Positions 13,170-26,535 of a DNA stretch of 64,000 bases are shown here, piece after piece. The translations under genes were made by a program, and so were the position numbers. Source of the DNA: Vicugna vicugna (Eukaryota). The stretch is from contig MU061538.1 of the NCBI GenBank assembly GCA_013265495.1, positions 2,375,339 through 2,439,338 of the forward strand, given 5' to 3'. Position 1 is the stretch's first letter, and each line of letters begins with the position of its first letter. The notes under the pieces were generated by a model that was not told where the DNA came from, made no database searches, and saw only the letters and a program-made list of their open reading frames with translations.

Positions 13170-13350
13170 CGCACTGTCTACAAAAGTGCAGGCCAGCCAG
13201 CTATATTTGAATTTCAGATAAACTATGTATATATATTTTAGTATAAATATGTCCCACGCAGCACTGGGACTTACTACAAAAATTTGTTGTTCACGTGAAA
13301 TCTAATGTTACTGGGCGTCCTGACGTTTGATTTGCTAACTCTGATGCCCT
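13170..13350 (-). mobile_element. MER53-like palindromic hAT MITE
   Basis: Left arm tttgaatttcagataaac...tagtataaatatgtccca and right arm tgggac...gtgaaatctaatgttactgggcgtcctg form an imperfect inverted repeat centred at 13251-13270, matching the recalled MER53 consensus. Confidence 0.8.
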
Positions 13351-13609
13351 CGACCGAGGGACAGGGAGGGGGCAGCAGTGACGTGGGACATCGTGCGTTT
13401 AACCTGAAGGGACAGCACTCACCGAAAGAGACCTAAACACCAGCTGTGGGTTTCAATCATCGAGTCAAACTAAGTTTTCTGGCTCCAAGACCCACCTCCC
13501 CATGGGGAGCGCGTGGGGGAGACCAGATCAGCTCCTGACGGCTCTGCACAGTTCAGGGCGAGTCAATTTGCAAACAGAGTGGCTCCTACATCCTCATTAA
13601 TAACGCAAA

Positions 13610-13752
13610 CAACCATTATTTATTTAGTGCCTACTATGTAGAAGGCGCTCTGCTGGGTGTTCAGTGTGAATAATTTCTAATCCTCACAGCAGCTCGGCAA
13701 AGCAGACGCTTCGAACCACACTTTTCAGATGAGAAAACACAGGTTTCGAGAG
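13610..13752 (-). mobile_element. MIR fragment
   Basis: tttatttagtgcctactatgt...aatcctcacagc...ttttcagatgagaaaacacagg, the reverse complement of the MIR core and 3' end. Confidence 0.65.
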
Positions 13753-14149
13753 CTTTGTGTCCTCCTCTCATCCACACAACAGGGAGGTTTCTGCGCCTGC
13801 ATTAGTCCCTTCTCATTTCTAAATTCGTGAACTTGCTACATGTTTCTAAAAAAAAATTCAAACACTAAAGGAAAGAGTAAGTGACAAGTTAAAGACCCTT
13901 CTTACCGTCACTGTCCAGCAGTAACTTAAATGGCTTTTAAAAATGGCCCAAAGTGTTTCTCTGCAAATATGCGGTCGTGTTCACACATACGCAAACATTC
14001 AAACGCACAGATAAACCACCGAAAAGACACTTTCATGTAAATCTCAGCTTCAGCAAGTCTTAAGGTTACGTCTATCGCCCTAGGCTTGCTTTCTTCTTTT
14101 GGTGTCTGTTGTGTTGATTGTGAAGTCACCTGTCACTGCGTTTGTCTTT

Positions 14150-15090
14150 CATTTTTAGGTGATGTCTTTTGTGTGTGTGGTTTTCTGTTTTTTTAACTGA
14201 AGTACAGTTCAGTGCACAATGTTGCGTCAATTTCCGGTGTGCCGCACTGCCTCCGTTTTAACAACATAAAACATAATCCACAGATCTGAGGTCGCCGGTG
14301 CGCCCTTCCCTGACCTGCCAGCTCCGTTTCCAGAGGTAACTGCTGTCTTGAAGTTAGTAGTTGTCATTTCCTGGCATATTTAGAAGACGCTTTTGCCACA
14401 TGGGATGTACTCACAATAATATACGGTATAACATACAGCATATCTCATGTGCTGTGACACGCATTGCCTCAATATCCAGACTGACGGGGCCAACGGCACA
14501 GCCACCGTGGAGGACCATTTAGCGATGGCTCTGAAACCCAAAGATCCTTGACACCTGACCAGGCCACTTACTCCTGGCTCAGAGAGAGCCCTGCACGCGG
14601 ACACAGGGGCCCACGTGGTGGACTGTCCTTCACGGCGACTGTGTCTGAGCTGCAGCGGCCCAGCTGGCCGTAAGCAGGAGAGGGGTGACCCAGGTGCAGT
14701 CTCTTCAGCCAGTGGAGGGCCCCAGAGTACACGAGCCCTGGGCAAGCGTGAGAAGCACTGTGCTTCAAGTGACAGCGTCAAGCTGCAGGATGGTACCCAC
14801 TGTAATGCACAGTTGTGTACAGACTTCCAGCAAGCCGTGAGACCTCGTCTTTAACAGATGCACAAGGTCCATGACACGGATACACCGCAATTCTCTGGTC
14901 CATGCCCTGAGGATGGATGTTTGGGCTGTTTCCTTGTTTCTTCTTTACCATAAACAGTGCTGCAGAAATCCCTCTAACACGAGTCTTCGCCCACAGGTGA
15001 GAAGGTGCTGGGGGAGCCGGTTACTAGCACTGCAACTGCCGCAGTGGAAAGGTTTTCCTGGTCAGTTTTCACTGAATAAGCTGTGGTTTT
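14150..15090 (-). mobile_element. Old L1 3' fragments, interrupted
   Basis: actgaagtacagttcagtgcacaatgttgcgtcaatttccggtgt, ccagaggtaactgctg and ggatggatgtttgggctgtttcc...aaacagtgctgcag resemble antisense L1 3' regions. Confidence 0.55.
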
Positions 15091-18000
15091 GGACACAACA
15101 CCCCCAAACCTCAGGGCTTCAACACAAGGGAAGCTTCTTCCTTGCCAACGTTGCGTCCTGGTAACCAGGTCGGCGGAAGCTGGGCTGGTCTCCTGCAGGC
15201 AATGTCCTCATTCTCTGAAAGGGCAGACTTTATCTGGGGCGGACATCACTCGCGGCCACGGGACACGGGAAGGGAGCTTGCAAAGGCACAGCGGCTCCTG
15301 GGACGTCCTGGGTCGAAGTTCATATCCGCTCCGGTGCCTCTGCCAATGCGATGGGAGGGAGGGTGGTCCCGGGAGGGCGGGCAGGGGGACGAGGGCAGGT
15401 ACCGCGCCAGGCACAGACCCCAGGACTCCAACAAACACTGTCTCATCAGCCTCCAACTAACGGTGTATGGAGGGCTATGTTACAACTTTAAAAAAAAAAA
15501 GTATGGTTTTTTTTTTTAACTATTTTAGTGGGCAAATACTACATCTTGGTATTGCTTTAACTTACAATCTTCAAATTTTGAGTGGAGTCGGACAGCTTTC
15601 TGTGTTTGGCATGTGCGTGCGTGTGTGTGTGTGTGACTGCAAACTGCCCCTCCCTGCTTTGTCCCCTTAAATCGCACTGTCACCTGCTCTCACGCCATTT
15701 AGGGCGCCCTCTTTACTGCCGCAGATTTCTCTCCTGTGTTCTTTCTAACTTGTCGCCTGAAAAGTGCTGGAAGTACCCCTGGCAGCAACTGTCACACTAA
15801 AGTTCACTCTTAAAGACACAACTGCTCTTACCAAGCGTCCACCCCCCCCAGACAGACAGACAGACACATGCACGCTGGGATCCCTGTGCCGGGGGTGCAC
15901 GTCACCCGGGGCCTGATCTGAACCGGGAGCCAGCGCCACAGACAAAACGTGTGCTGAACGGATCAGCTGTGAAGGGAGGAAGGTTCCTAAGCGCGTACTT
16001 GGCCGTCACGTATCAAGGCAGCAGATTTAACCGCAGCTCGAGGAGGACCATCAAGCCCACCCCCGTGTCCCTGTGCTGCGGTTCGGGCTGCTGTCGCCCT
16101 GAGACACGCCGCACCCCCGCCTGTTCCTCTAAGCTCCCGGGGCAGCCGTCTCCACTGGCAGGATCTGGATTACACTCTTTCTTGAGAGCCACATCACAAC
16201 CGTGTCATCCTCACTGTCATTTGAACATAGACTATTCTTTAAGATAGCCGAACAGAAACAGTATGAATAAAAACTACATTGAACTAAAGAGGACAGAGAA
16301 CTAAAGTGACAAAGCAGCCCTTGTATGTAGTTTAAACCTGTTGATTGTAACCTAACCCCATCCAACGAGCCAGACGCCGTCTGAAGGTCAGGCCGTCCTC
16401 TGGGAGGGGGTGCCCTCCGTTCCACACCATTGGCGGTCCAGGAGCTGCGTTCTCCCCCTCACACTGCCATCACGCGGGCTTCTCTGGCCCGGGTGGCCCC
16501 GGCCCACTGCCCCGTGTGAATTTTAAGGTTACCCCCTTGTTTTGAGATTGCTGTGGCGCGTAGGTTCCTGAAAATTGAGGAAAACACTTAAAACAAACTT
16601 CCTTATAAGAAATGAAGCAGCAGCAGCAGATTCCCAACTCAGACGAAAACATTCGGACTTTGTGATGCTCTGACCCGAATGCTGCTCCTCCAGGGCGTCC
16701 GTGAGGAAAGAGGAAACACGCTAACTACGGGAGCGGCACCCGAGCTTCGGAGGAGCGCCCTCCCGACTCACTGAAACCGTTAAGCCTGCTGTGCTGACGG
16801 GCCACCGGAGGGGCTTCACCGCGGACGGTTTAGGGCGGTTTCTTTACTTCTTCTTCCAAGTGATCTTAGGTGCGTCCAGCCAACAGCTGCCTGCCTGGCC
16901 GCGCTGCTCTGTGCGGCGGAAGCCCTTGTTGTGTGGCAATGCTCCCCAAAGTCCCTCCTCCTCCGTGCCTGGGCACAGGCTGTCGTGGCCCCAGCCCAGG
17001 ACACGGCGCGGTCGCTGCAGGGGCACCGGGAGGTGGTGGCGCGCTCCGGGCTGCCCCTCCTCTCACACGTCCTCTCCGCGCTTTCCTTCTGCTCTGCGTG
17101 TCATTCAGCCTGACAGACACTGAGACTCTACCACGGGCAAGGCACAGCGCCAGGTGCAGGGGACATGGGCAGAGGCAGACCAAGCATTTGCCACCAAGGA
17201 GCTCAGAGCCTCGGACAGGAACCCAGCCGCGCTTTGCCGACAGCCACCAGAGGCAGGTGCATGGCTCGAAAGTCTGCACGCCCCGTGAGCAAGGGCGCCC
17301 TCAGGAGACCTGTCCTGGCTCCAGCTCTGCCACCGGCGCTCTGGTGGCTGGTTCCCGCCCAGCGACTCTTCTTCCCTGAGTCTCACCTGGAGGACACAGG
17401 GCTGCTGAGGCCTGTTCTGAGCAAGGGTGGCAGAGGCTGCGAGGCAAGCGGGAACAGCCGCCGCCTGGGCGCTGGGAGACGCCGGCTCCTCTCCCCAGCT
17501 CCCGGGGGACGGACGCGGGCTCTTCCAGAGACGAGAACGCTGCGCTTGGAGCCCCCGCCCCGAGACGAAGGCGCGTCAGCCGGCAGTGGGCGCGAGGACG
17601 GACAGGAGGAAAGTGTGGATGGAGAAGCAGGGCCGGTATTCTGGCTCCTTCTCGGCCGCCCTTCCAGGCACGTTTTCGGCGAGCCTTAGGCTAGAGGAGC
17701 TGCTTTATGAAAGCACACAGCTGTATTTCTCTGCACATCCCCATCATCTAGTAAATATCTGGTTCTCGCTGTTACGCCTACTGACACCCTGATGCACACG
17801 CTCCTCTATTCACGTGGGCAAGCACGCGTGAACGCACGTGTGCAGACAGAAGCATGTGCATCATGGTTCTCTCTGCCCCGCCCTAATACCTCTTAAGCCC
17901 GTGGTAGGCAAGCCTGCCTCACGGCTGGGGCGCCCCGGAGCACACCCGCGAGAGCTAATGCTCAGCCTGAAGCGCAGAGCCGTGCGCTCACCGACGCGGA

Positions 18001-18586
18001 ACAGTGACGCTTGCCGAGCTTTGCTCGCAGAGAGGTGACCGCCATGAGAACAGCACTCAGTTAGCGGCAGAGGCTATTTTGGCTCAAGTTAAAAGCCTGA
18101 CTTCCCAGTTTCTATTGTTCCCAAGGGGGAAGATAAATTGAAGCAAGCGAATCCACAACCAACACACGAGGTAGTTTTGGTCAACAAAGACCGTGCTGCC
18201 AGGCGGGGAGAAATGCCAGTTACAGAAAGGGAAGCGCTGAGTTGCAGACCTGCAAACAGAAAATGTTTATTTTTGTGTCTCTGGTTTCCAGTCCCGTTCA
18301 TTTCAGAAGATTAATTTACACCTGCTTGACTGGATGGAGACACGTGACAACCAAAGATGAAAGTGAGGTGCTTAAAAAGGACGTGGAACTGGAACGGCCA
18401 AACAGGCACCAGCATAAAAGAAAATCTGCAGAGATGGCGCTGCCCTCACTCCTCCCGCTGCGTCCTCAGAGGGCGTCTCTGTGACAGGCGATTTCCGCCA
18501 GAAGTGAGACTCACGGTAGGTCAGCCACGGAGACACGGGAGGTCTGGCCACCCCCTGCCCCCCGAATCTCTCTTAGCACCAATGAA

Positions 18587-18662
18587 TGGTTTCAAGGACC
18601 AGCGGCCGGTGGGGTGGATGCGAGTGGTTTCAAGGACCAGCGGCTGGTGGGGCGGATGCGAG
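18587..18662. repeat. Direct tandem duplication, 2 x 38 bp
   Basis: tggtttcaaggaccagcggc[c/t]ggtgggg[t/c]ggatgcgag at 18587 and 18625, with 2 mismatches. Confidence 0.92.
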
Positions 18663-21084
18663 GGAGGCTCTGGCCAGCGGAGACCACTGCCCACTGCCCT
18701 GTGGGGCAGGGCACCTGCATCTCCTTCTCCGCCGGCTCGTGAATTATGTGTGCCTGGTGCACAAGGCTTCCACGCTGGGCGATGCTGTCACACCGACAAG
18801 CGGGGCCGGCCGAGCTGCTACACCTGCTGCCGACAACTAACATACCTGCTCCACAGACACGCCTCCCTAGTCAGCCCTGCAGACTTGGCTGCTGCTTGAT
18901 TTCGAAGCCTTGCCATCGCTGACAGCAAGCCTGGGATTTGGGGTCCCCCTGCCACACCCCACAGCACTGAGTCTTGCTTCAGTCCAATTCGTGTGTCCAG
19001 CGGACTGGAAAGCGAGCGTGTTTCCTACGCACCCGGGTGAGTGACATCACGCGGCGGGGGTCACAGAGTGCTGGGCTGTTCTGCACCCTCACTAACAACG
19101 GGGAGAGTGTCACTTTGCCCTTTACAGTCACATGAAACCCACTGCTCTAGAAATGACGAGTGACACGCAGGCATGTTTGGCAAGAGAAACCATCCCCTTC
19201 AGAAAAAAGCGAGGGGCCCCCGGCATGCTCGCCGGAGTCAGCTAGCGTCTTTGGGCGGCTGATTCGCAGAAGCGCTAGGCTGTGGGAACCAGCTGCGGTT
19301 AAGCCGCAGCAGCACTTTCGCGCCCCGTATGCGTCAGCCTGGGTGCAGCTTTCAGCTGTTTAGCAGAATTCACAGAATACAGAGCATGAAAGAAGGAGCT
19401 TGGTTTTATTAGTTTTGTGGGATTAGGCAAACTACAGGAGAGACGATGAAACATACACTGGTGGTCTCATCTGTCCCTTGCGTGGCGGAGCTGGGATCTG
19501 CACCGGGGGGCGGGGTCCAGGCTCTTCCGAGTCTGCTTCCCGCAGCTCCTGGAACTAACGCGCCTCTCAGACTTGTGACAACACGTCTCACCATCTGCCT
19601 GAATCGTGACCCAGGGGTCCCGTGATGAATTTCAGCCAGTGCCACTGAGTTCTGCTTTGAGCTGTGGTGTGATTATGTCTCACCTTTTCAACTGTACATG
19701 GACCTTGGGAGCCTACTTCATACAGCTTTGCCTCCCACATGGGGAAAGGCACAGAGTCTTACTCCTAGGAAGTGGCCAACTGATATTTGCTGCTTAAATG
19801 AAGGACAAAGACTTCGTTGACAGGACACACGCCTTGGGAAAGCGTGAGGTGGGCGCAGCCAGGCCCGAGGCTGTGGCGTGTTCTCGTGAACAAGCTCAGA
19901 GCTGCCCGTTACCTGTTTAACAGGTTAGCTTGTATTTCTAAAAAGTGCAAAAGATCGTTTACAGCTGAATTTTGTAATGAAGGTACTTTAAGTTTGATGA
20001 TCACAGCAACTGTCAACAATCAGCCTGCTACAGAGCGAGCAGCCGTGGATTCCTCGGGAGCCCGTTGCATGACGATCACATGACAAGGGGGACCCCAAAC
20101 CCTTCCGAGCTGCATCCTCTCATTGGAAGAAGTTGCTCCGCAACCTGAGAAGAGCGGTGCTTGTCTGGATGCACACGTTACGGCCTGCAAAACGGCTGGG
20201 CTCCTTTTTATGAACACAATGAGGCTGGGCTACATTGTAGGTCGTCCTCCCTTTTGAACTCGATTGTATCTCAACCCAGGACTGGGGGCTCTGGCGAGTG
20301 GGGACCTCATGAGGCCTGTCCGCCTGCCTGCTCCTGCCTCCCTGCCCGGGCTGCCCGCCTCCTTCCCCCTCACGCCCTCACTGTCGGTCCCCTGAATTGA
20401 AGCAGGAGACTCGCCAGATGCCAGGTGTGTGTCCCGACGGCAGGGACCTCAGTTCTCAGTAGTGTCTGTGAGGCAGGGATGACGCTACCTGCCTTCAGGG
20501 TAACGGGGTGACTACGAGCTGACCCCCTAAAGCTCCCGACACTTGGCAGGCAGTACTCAAGATCCAAAGCTTCCTGCTTTTCTTCTGGGGACTCAGGGAT
20601 ACAGAACAAGGAGGTCACATTGTTCAAAGGGAAGTAGTTCCACACTCTGCTCTCTCGAAGCACCACATCCGACTCCCCGATAGACCCCCGTGGTCCCGTC
20701 GCCATGGTAACGTCCTCAGTGCTGCCCTCTTCACCTCTCTGCCCAGGGCTCCCACCCAGTCCTGACCTGGGCACTCTTCCGATGCACACCCTTGAGTCGT
20801 TCTCCATTGCCCACAGGATAACACCGGGACCCCGGCATGAAACAAGACTTTTCAGACCTCACCCCGGGCCTCCCAGCACACGCCGCCCGAACCCCGCATT
20901 CCCCCGGAGGGGAGCTGGGCCGCTGCACAGGTTGGTGCCCTGCCCTCCTGGGCTTCTCCAAGCCCCTGCGTCGTCTTCGAGGCTCGGTTCTCACGTCTTC
21001 CCGCGGTGGTGCCTTCTCTGACTGTCCCTTCCTTTGTCGCACCACCGTGTGTGACAAGACTAACAGAAATAAAAACAGCAACAG

Positions 21085-21222
21085 CAGTTCATGATTATGC
21101 CTTGATCATAACGGGCCGCACTGTTCTAAGTGTTCTACACACAACAACTCATCCGTCTTCACAGCAACCCTCGGAAGTAGGTCCTGCACCCCCATTTCAC
21201 AGAGGAGTAAACCGAGGCACAG
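21085..21222 (-). mobile_element. MIR fragment
   Basis: cactgttctaagtgttctacac...cagcaaccctcggaagtagg...cccatttcacagaggagtaaaccgaggcacag. Confidence 0.75.
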
Positions 21223-22908
21223 GTCTGCCTGTGGCACTGCTGGGACCGACTCCAGGCACACTCCACCCGTGTGGTCGCCGGCACGCACACACCTTCATGA
21301 TAAAGCGCAGTGACCCTGCCTGTTCACCTCAGCGGCACCACTGGCCAGCTGAGCGCCCTTGGCGAGTTACTCCATCAGCTGCTGCTGAGTTTTTTCACCT
21401 GGAAGAGTAGTTCTGAGGACTGACTGACACACACAATGCCTCGCATACGCCACGTGCCTCGTACAAACATGTGCCTGTGGTTGTTAATTTTAGATTATTA
21501 CTATGATACAGTCAAGGGGCTACTAACATCCAGTCACCTGATGGTCAGACGGCAAAGGTGGGGGAGGGCTTAGGGAATGACCGCCCAGAGCCCCTGCGCC
21601 ACCGGAGGCTTCATCTGCAGGAATCCTACACGTGATGACAAACTTGAGCTCCATCACAGCCCCGACACCCCTGTTCCCTCGTCCCCAGAGCTCCCGGCTG
21701 AGGGCTGAGGGCCACTGTCTTCAGAATGGCTCCACATTCTGTGAGCTGTTTACATCCGCACAGCCCAGCCAGGTGGGCCAGGCACGAGGAAGCACCCCTG
21801 TCCTCCACACGCACCCGGAGCGTCTCTCTCCAGACCTGCTGGTCCTTTAGGGCGGCGCGAGGGCCCCTCCCTGGAGCTGCACTTCCCCCCCGCACCCCCG
21901 AGGGCTGCCGTCCTGCGTTCCCCGCCTGCGGTCTCTGTCTCATCCCTGCGCCCGGATCACCAAGCATCTGAGGCAGGCACCGCTGCGCGCACCTGGCAGA
22001 GAAACTTCCCAGGACAGCTGCTCGAACGAGCCACCTGCACTCCCTGAGGCTGCACGGGGGCCCCTGGCACAACCGCTTTCATTTCCGTGGAGCAGACTTT
22101 CCTTATGACTTAAACCTTTCTGCCCCCATTCCTTTAACCTGCAGTATGAGCTGACGGAATTGGACGGGAGGTTTCCACAGGGACAGCGGGGAGCCTCTTG
22201 CGGGCTGCCGCCTCCACACTGGGCGCCCTCTTTCAGAGAAGAGGCGCCATGACTGACAAGACTCTGGAAAGCGTCTGGGTCAGAGGATCCTTAAGCTTCC
22301 TTGTGCCCTAACAGTCCACGAATCTAAAAGCAGCCCCGACACCCCCAGCTGGGAGTCCTCAGCTCCCTGAACTACTCAGCACTTGCCCCACTGCTCCCAT
22401 CACCCCTCTGCTTCCTTCTGGTGCTGTTGCTCTCACGAAAACGCGTCATCCCAGCCGACTGCACCCCAGGACCTGGGGGCGAGGGCGGGCGGCAAGGCCC
22501 ACTGGGCCCCCAGAGTCTCCTGCAAACAGAGGACCCTGATTTAAAAAAATAAGTGAACAAATTCAAACAGTGTAGCATCTTCTGGGGGTCGTGGTGGGTG
22601 CATGGATATAGAAGTTTGACTTTCTTTGCTTTGGGATGGAAATGGTGGAAACAGAAGTGAAAAAAAAGTAAATGAGCACAAATGTTAGAACCTGGGTAGG
22701 CACTGTTCTAGGAAACTTCAGCAGTGGGGAGAGACAGGCAAGACTCTGTTGTGGACAACACAAACACAGCGAGTTTCGTGCACGGCTGTGCGGGCCGCTG
22801 TGGCTGGGCCTGTTTACCTCCTGTGTGGGGCCGCGTGTGCGTGTGTGTGTGTGGTCCACTGACGTGCCCACGCCAGCCCAGGACTCCTTGTTGAAACTCA
22901 TCCTTTCA

Positions 22909-23045
22909 GGGGGGAGGGTAGCTCAGTGGTAGAGCGCATGCTTGGTAAGTGGTCCTGGTTCCATCCCCAGGACCTCCATTAACTAACTAACCAACTAACT
23001 AACTAAACCTAACCTCTTCCCTCCACCCCTCACAAAACCAACAAA
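22909..23045 (+). mobile_element. tRNA-derived SINE (camelid vic-1-like), internally deleted
   Basis: ggggagggtagctcagtggtagagcgcatgctt (A box), ggttccatccccaggacctcc (degenerate B box), then an (aact)n tail, taaacctaacc and an A-rich end. No target-site duplication found. Confidence 0.85.
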
Positions 23046-23165
23046 AAGGCAGCCTACTGGGAGGGAGAAGATATTTGCAAGCAATGCATCTGAAAAGGGG
23101 TTCATGTCCAAAAGCGACCAAGAACTCACACAACACAACCACCAAAAGAAAAATAACTCAAAGAA
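23046..23165 (+). mobile_element. L1 ORF2 fragment
   Basis: aggcagcctactgggagggagaagatatttgcaagcaatgcatctgaaaaggggtt resembles the conserved L1 segment encoding WEKIFAN. Confidence 0.7.
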
Positions 23166-23849
23166 AACCCCCCAAAACTCACCCTTTCAAAATTTCCTCC
23201 TGTTAAAATAAAATCTCTTCCCCTAATTTCCTCATTTTTTTTACCCTGTCACTGAGCAACATAGAATAATTTAAACAAAATTAAGGACGTATCCACACCA
23301 CAGTGAACTATTTTACAACATACGTGAGCGCCCTTTGAAGGAGTAGAAATATAATTTGAGGAGCCATGCGAGTGACGCTCTTAATTAACTTTCTTTCTCC
23401 TGCCTCGGCTGCCATGTGGTTAAAGTGGGACAGGATGGGCGTCCCTCTGCAACACCAGCCTCCTGGCCGAGAGCCATTTTCATCCAAAGGCTGAGATGCC
23501 CAAGTGGGCTGGGCCGGGTGAGCCGGGGTGGGGGGACCACTCTGGGGAGACAGTTGAAACGAGTCAACCAAACACATTATCACCCTCGGGCGGGCCTCTC
23601 TCTGAGCCGGGGTGGGGGGCACACCTTGGAGGTAACGCTTCAAGGCCGGACAGCCTTCTGAAAGGCCCTGGAGGCGCAGAAATGAAGCTCACAGCAGTTA
23701 AACCCAGGTGCGGCCAGAGCTCAGGCCCCGCCAGCTTCAGTGCATTAAAAGTGGAGGGAAGGATGGAGATTCCTGAAGGTCCCAGGGCGTGATACCCCCT
23801 CCCCACGGCCGGGACACAAACTACTTTAAAATCACTTCCCCCTTCAGCT

Positions 23850-24296
23850 GTAGCTTTCGTAGCACGACAGGATTAACAGGCATGTTGGATAAAAGTTATA
23901 TTCACTGTTTTTCATTGATTCTAAGACTGGTCTCAGAGACCTGGAGGCTGGAGGCCGGGACCAGGCACAGGCAGGGCCCGTGGGTGAGGGCCCTGCCTCG
24001 CCTCCTCCGGCCTCCAGGGGGCCGCCAACCCTTGGGGCTCCTGGTCTGCAGACGCGTCACCCTAAGCTCTGCCTCTGTTGTCACGAGGCGTCTGCCGCCT
24101 CGTGTGCGTCTGTGACTCTTTTCCTCTTCTTGTAAGGACACCAGTCATGCTGGATTACGAGCCTGCCTTACTCCAGAATGACCTCATCTTACTTCATTAC
24201 ATTACACGCAGCGATCTTACGTCCAAAGTTACAATCTGAAGTACAGAGGAGTTAGGACTTCAACATATTTGGGGAGACACAGTTCAATCCACAACA
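23850..24296 (-). mobile_element. MaLR solo LTR (MLT1-type)
   Basis: cttgtaaggacaccagtcatgctgga, aatgacctcatctta, gttaggacttcaacatatttggggagacacagttcaatccacaaca: the reverse complement of an MLT1 5' end. Confidence 0.85.
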
Positions 24297-25039
24297 GGGA
24301 CCTAGAGGCAGACCTTTGTTTGTCAGAAAAGCCACTTACGATCCAGGCTGACCCTGTTTGTGGAAGCCACTGCCATCCTCCCTCCCCACAAGGACACCCT
24401 CCCATATATATCTTACTGGGGCTAAATTTCAAGATACCTCTGGGCCAAGGAAATAGAGCCCAGAAGTGGGGCCCTATCAACCCTCCCTGGGTGGTTGTGC
24501 CTGTCGGTGGGTGTCCAGGACACATCCCTTTAGAATCTTGCTCACACTGCAGACCAAGTCTCCAAAGCACACCAGAGAATGAAGAGGGGGCTGTCCAGCT
24601 TCCAGGCCCACGAATGATGACAATTCCAGCAACGAACACACTCAGCTTTCCTCCCTAGCCCTGACATCATGATCCCACAGCAGTGCAGACAGGGTTGGTT
24701 AAGAGCAAAACTCAAGCTCAAACTGAGCCTTCCCACTTACAAACGTGCAACCCAGACCTTCAACATCCACTTCGTCTAGTCCTGAGGCCACCATTGACTG
24801 TTTCTTGTACCCAGAAAGTAAATAAATCCTTTTTCCACAGATACATTCAGTGATAAACTTCGGTCATTTTAGCCTGTTTTTGCACAGATTGGAAAATTAA
24901 TAGCCATTATTAACTGGCTGCTACATGAATTTATGTTGCCAGTCATCAGAAACCAGAGGAGAAATTTCCCCTCACTACAGGGAACAGGTGAGAATGACTG
25001 AAGGCCCCACCTCTGAGGTATGAGGTCACAGCTGAGAGA

Positions 25040-25245
25040 ACAACAGCAACAACAGAAATGTCATCATCAGCACCACCGATCACACCATCCTCACTGACAT
25101 CAGCGTTGTCTGCAACAGACAGTTCCATCATCAGCACCGTCACCACCACCAACCACACCACCAGCACCACCATCATCACCACCACCACCACCACCACCAA
25201 CAGCAAAGACAACACCACCTTCATCAACATCAACAACATCAACCA
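25040..25245. repeat. Low-complexity (ACC/ATC/AAC)n repeat
   Basis: accaccaccaccaccaccaac, catcaacatcaacaacatcaac; followed by a short MIR piece at about 25245-25290. Confidence 0.9.
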
Positions 25246-26535
25246 TTATCCTAGTTTTACAGATGGGGCAGCCAAGGCACAAGGAGGTCACCTCCTCTTG
25301 CTTCCTTCTTGATGAAGGCCCTCCTTTGTTACCAGTTACCAACCATCCCCTTTCTGGGCAACTGCAGCACTTACAGTGCTTCCCAATTTGCCACATTCTG
25401 CCTTTTGTCGCTCTCTGTTGGTTGTACATCCTTGACGTAAGTTCCAGAAGCACAGGGACCTGTAGCTTCGTGCTCTGACCTGTCCGGGCCCATCCTGTGG
25501 GTGAGGGAGCCCGTCTCCAGCAGAGACGCTTGGCAACCCCCTCCCCTCCTGTGCTCGTCCGCTCCCTTGACCAGCTGTCAATTGTGCAGACTTTGGGCTA
25601 CTGCGGGCAGGCCTCTCCCTCCTGCTCACGTTTGCACACCCACACACAGCCCCGCACCTGGCACCGCGTGGGCATCAAAGGCAGACTTCTCAAATTGGAG
25701 GAGGCACCAGGCACTGGGAGACCACCGGTAACTCAGCCCCCACGCCTGGAGTACGGGTGGCAGATACTTGGGGCTACAGTGCCCTCTTGTGTCTGGGGCC
25801 TCACTGGGGCTCAGGACGCTCAGGTCTGGGGAGCAGGTGTCTGAGGAGAGCCATCAGCAAAAAAGTTTGTTTTCCCAGAGCAGAAGTGGTGTCATGGGCA
25901 CCCGCAGCGATGAAACACTGGTTCTAGTCCTGGCCCTGCCCTAACCAGCCACGTGATGAACGGAGAGTCTGAATATTCCCACCTGTAAGGTGGGTGGTGG
26001 CTTTGCTGGAGGGGAGAGGGGGTGAAGGGCTGACTTTCAGGGCAGCAGTTTTGTTAGGGAGAGCCCCCTGTGTCTGTGACTGCCCCGAGGTCAGGGGCGG
26101 GCACAGAGCTGGGGCGCTCCCCGGCTTCTCCCTGTCCCCCGCGCACATCGTAGGGCAGCTCTGACCCCATGAAGCCACACGCCTGTTACGTGCCCTCCCT
26201 GCAAGCACGCCGCCGCAGGCAGGAGCCCTCTCATACTCTGCGTCCCTAGTAGCTGCTCATAGCTGAGCTGACCGGACGAGCGGGGTGTCGGTCAAAACCG
26301 CCCCAGGGAAGTGCAGGGGTGAAGGGGCAGTCACTGCTGCGAGGTGAACCGGGCAGGTTTTCACTTTTTCAGTGAGATGGACTGCATCCTACTTTGCAAA
26401 GCCTCATGATAAGTTATTCACATCTGTTAAATTTGTGATAAAGAAGACACTGCTTTTGTATTTTTGGTAAAGAAATGTCAACATCTCTTGCTAGCGGCTT
26501 ACCTTACACACACAGCTAAGTTCCCTGATGCTCTG

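Noticed and set aside
15488-15519. Perfect 13-bp inverted repeat tt(A)11-gtatgg-(T)11aa
   Set aside because: Homopolymer complementarity with low information content.
22909-22980. tRNA gene-like sequence (also at 26580-26646 and 32320-32385)
   Set aside because: These are SINE heads with tails, and two have target-site duplications; the cloverleaf is incomplete.
24946-25312. Poly-Thr and poly-Val ORFs resembling mucin or signal-anchor proteins
   Set aside because: They are translations of the (ACC)n simple repeat.
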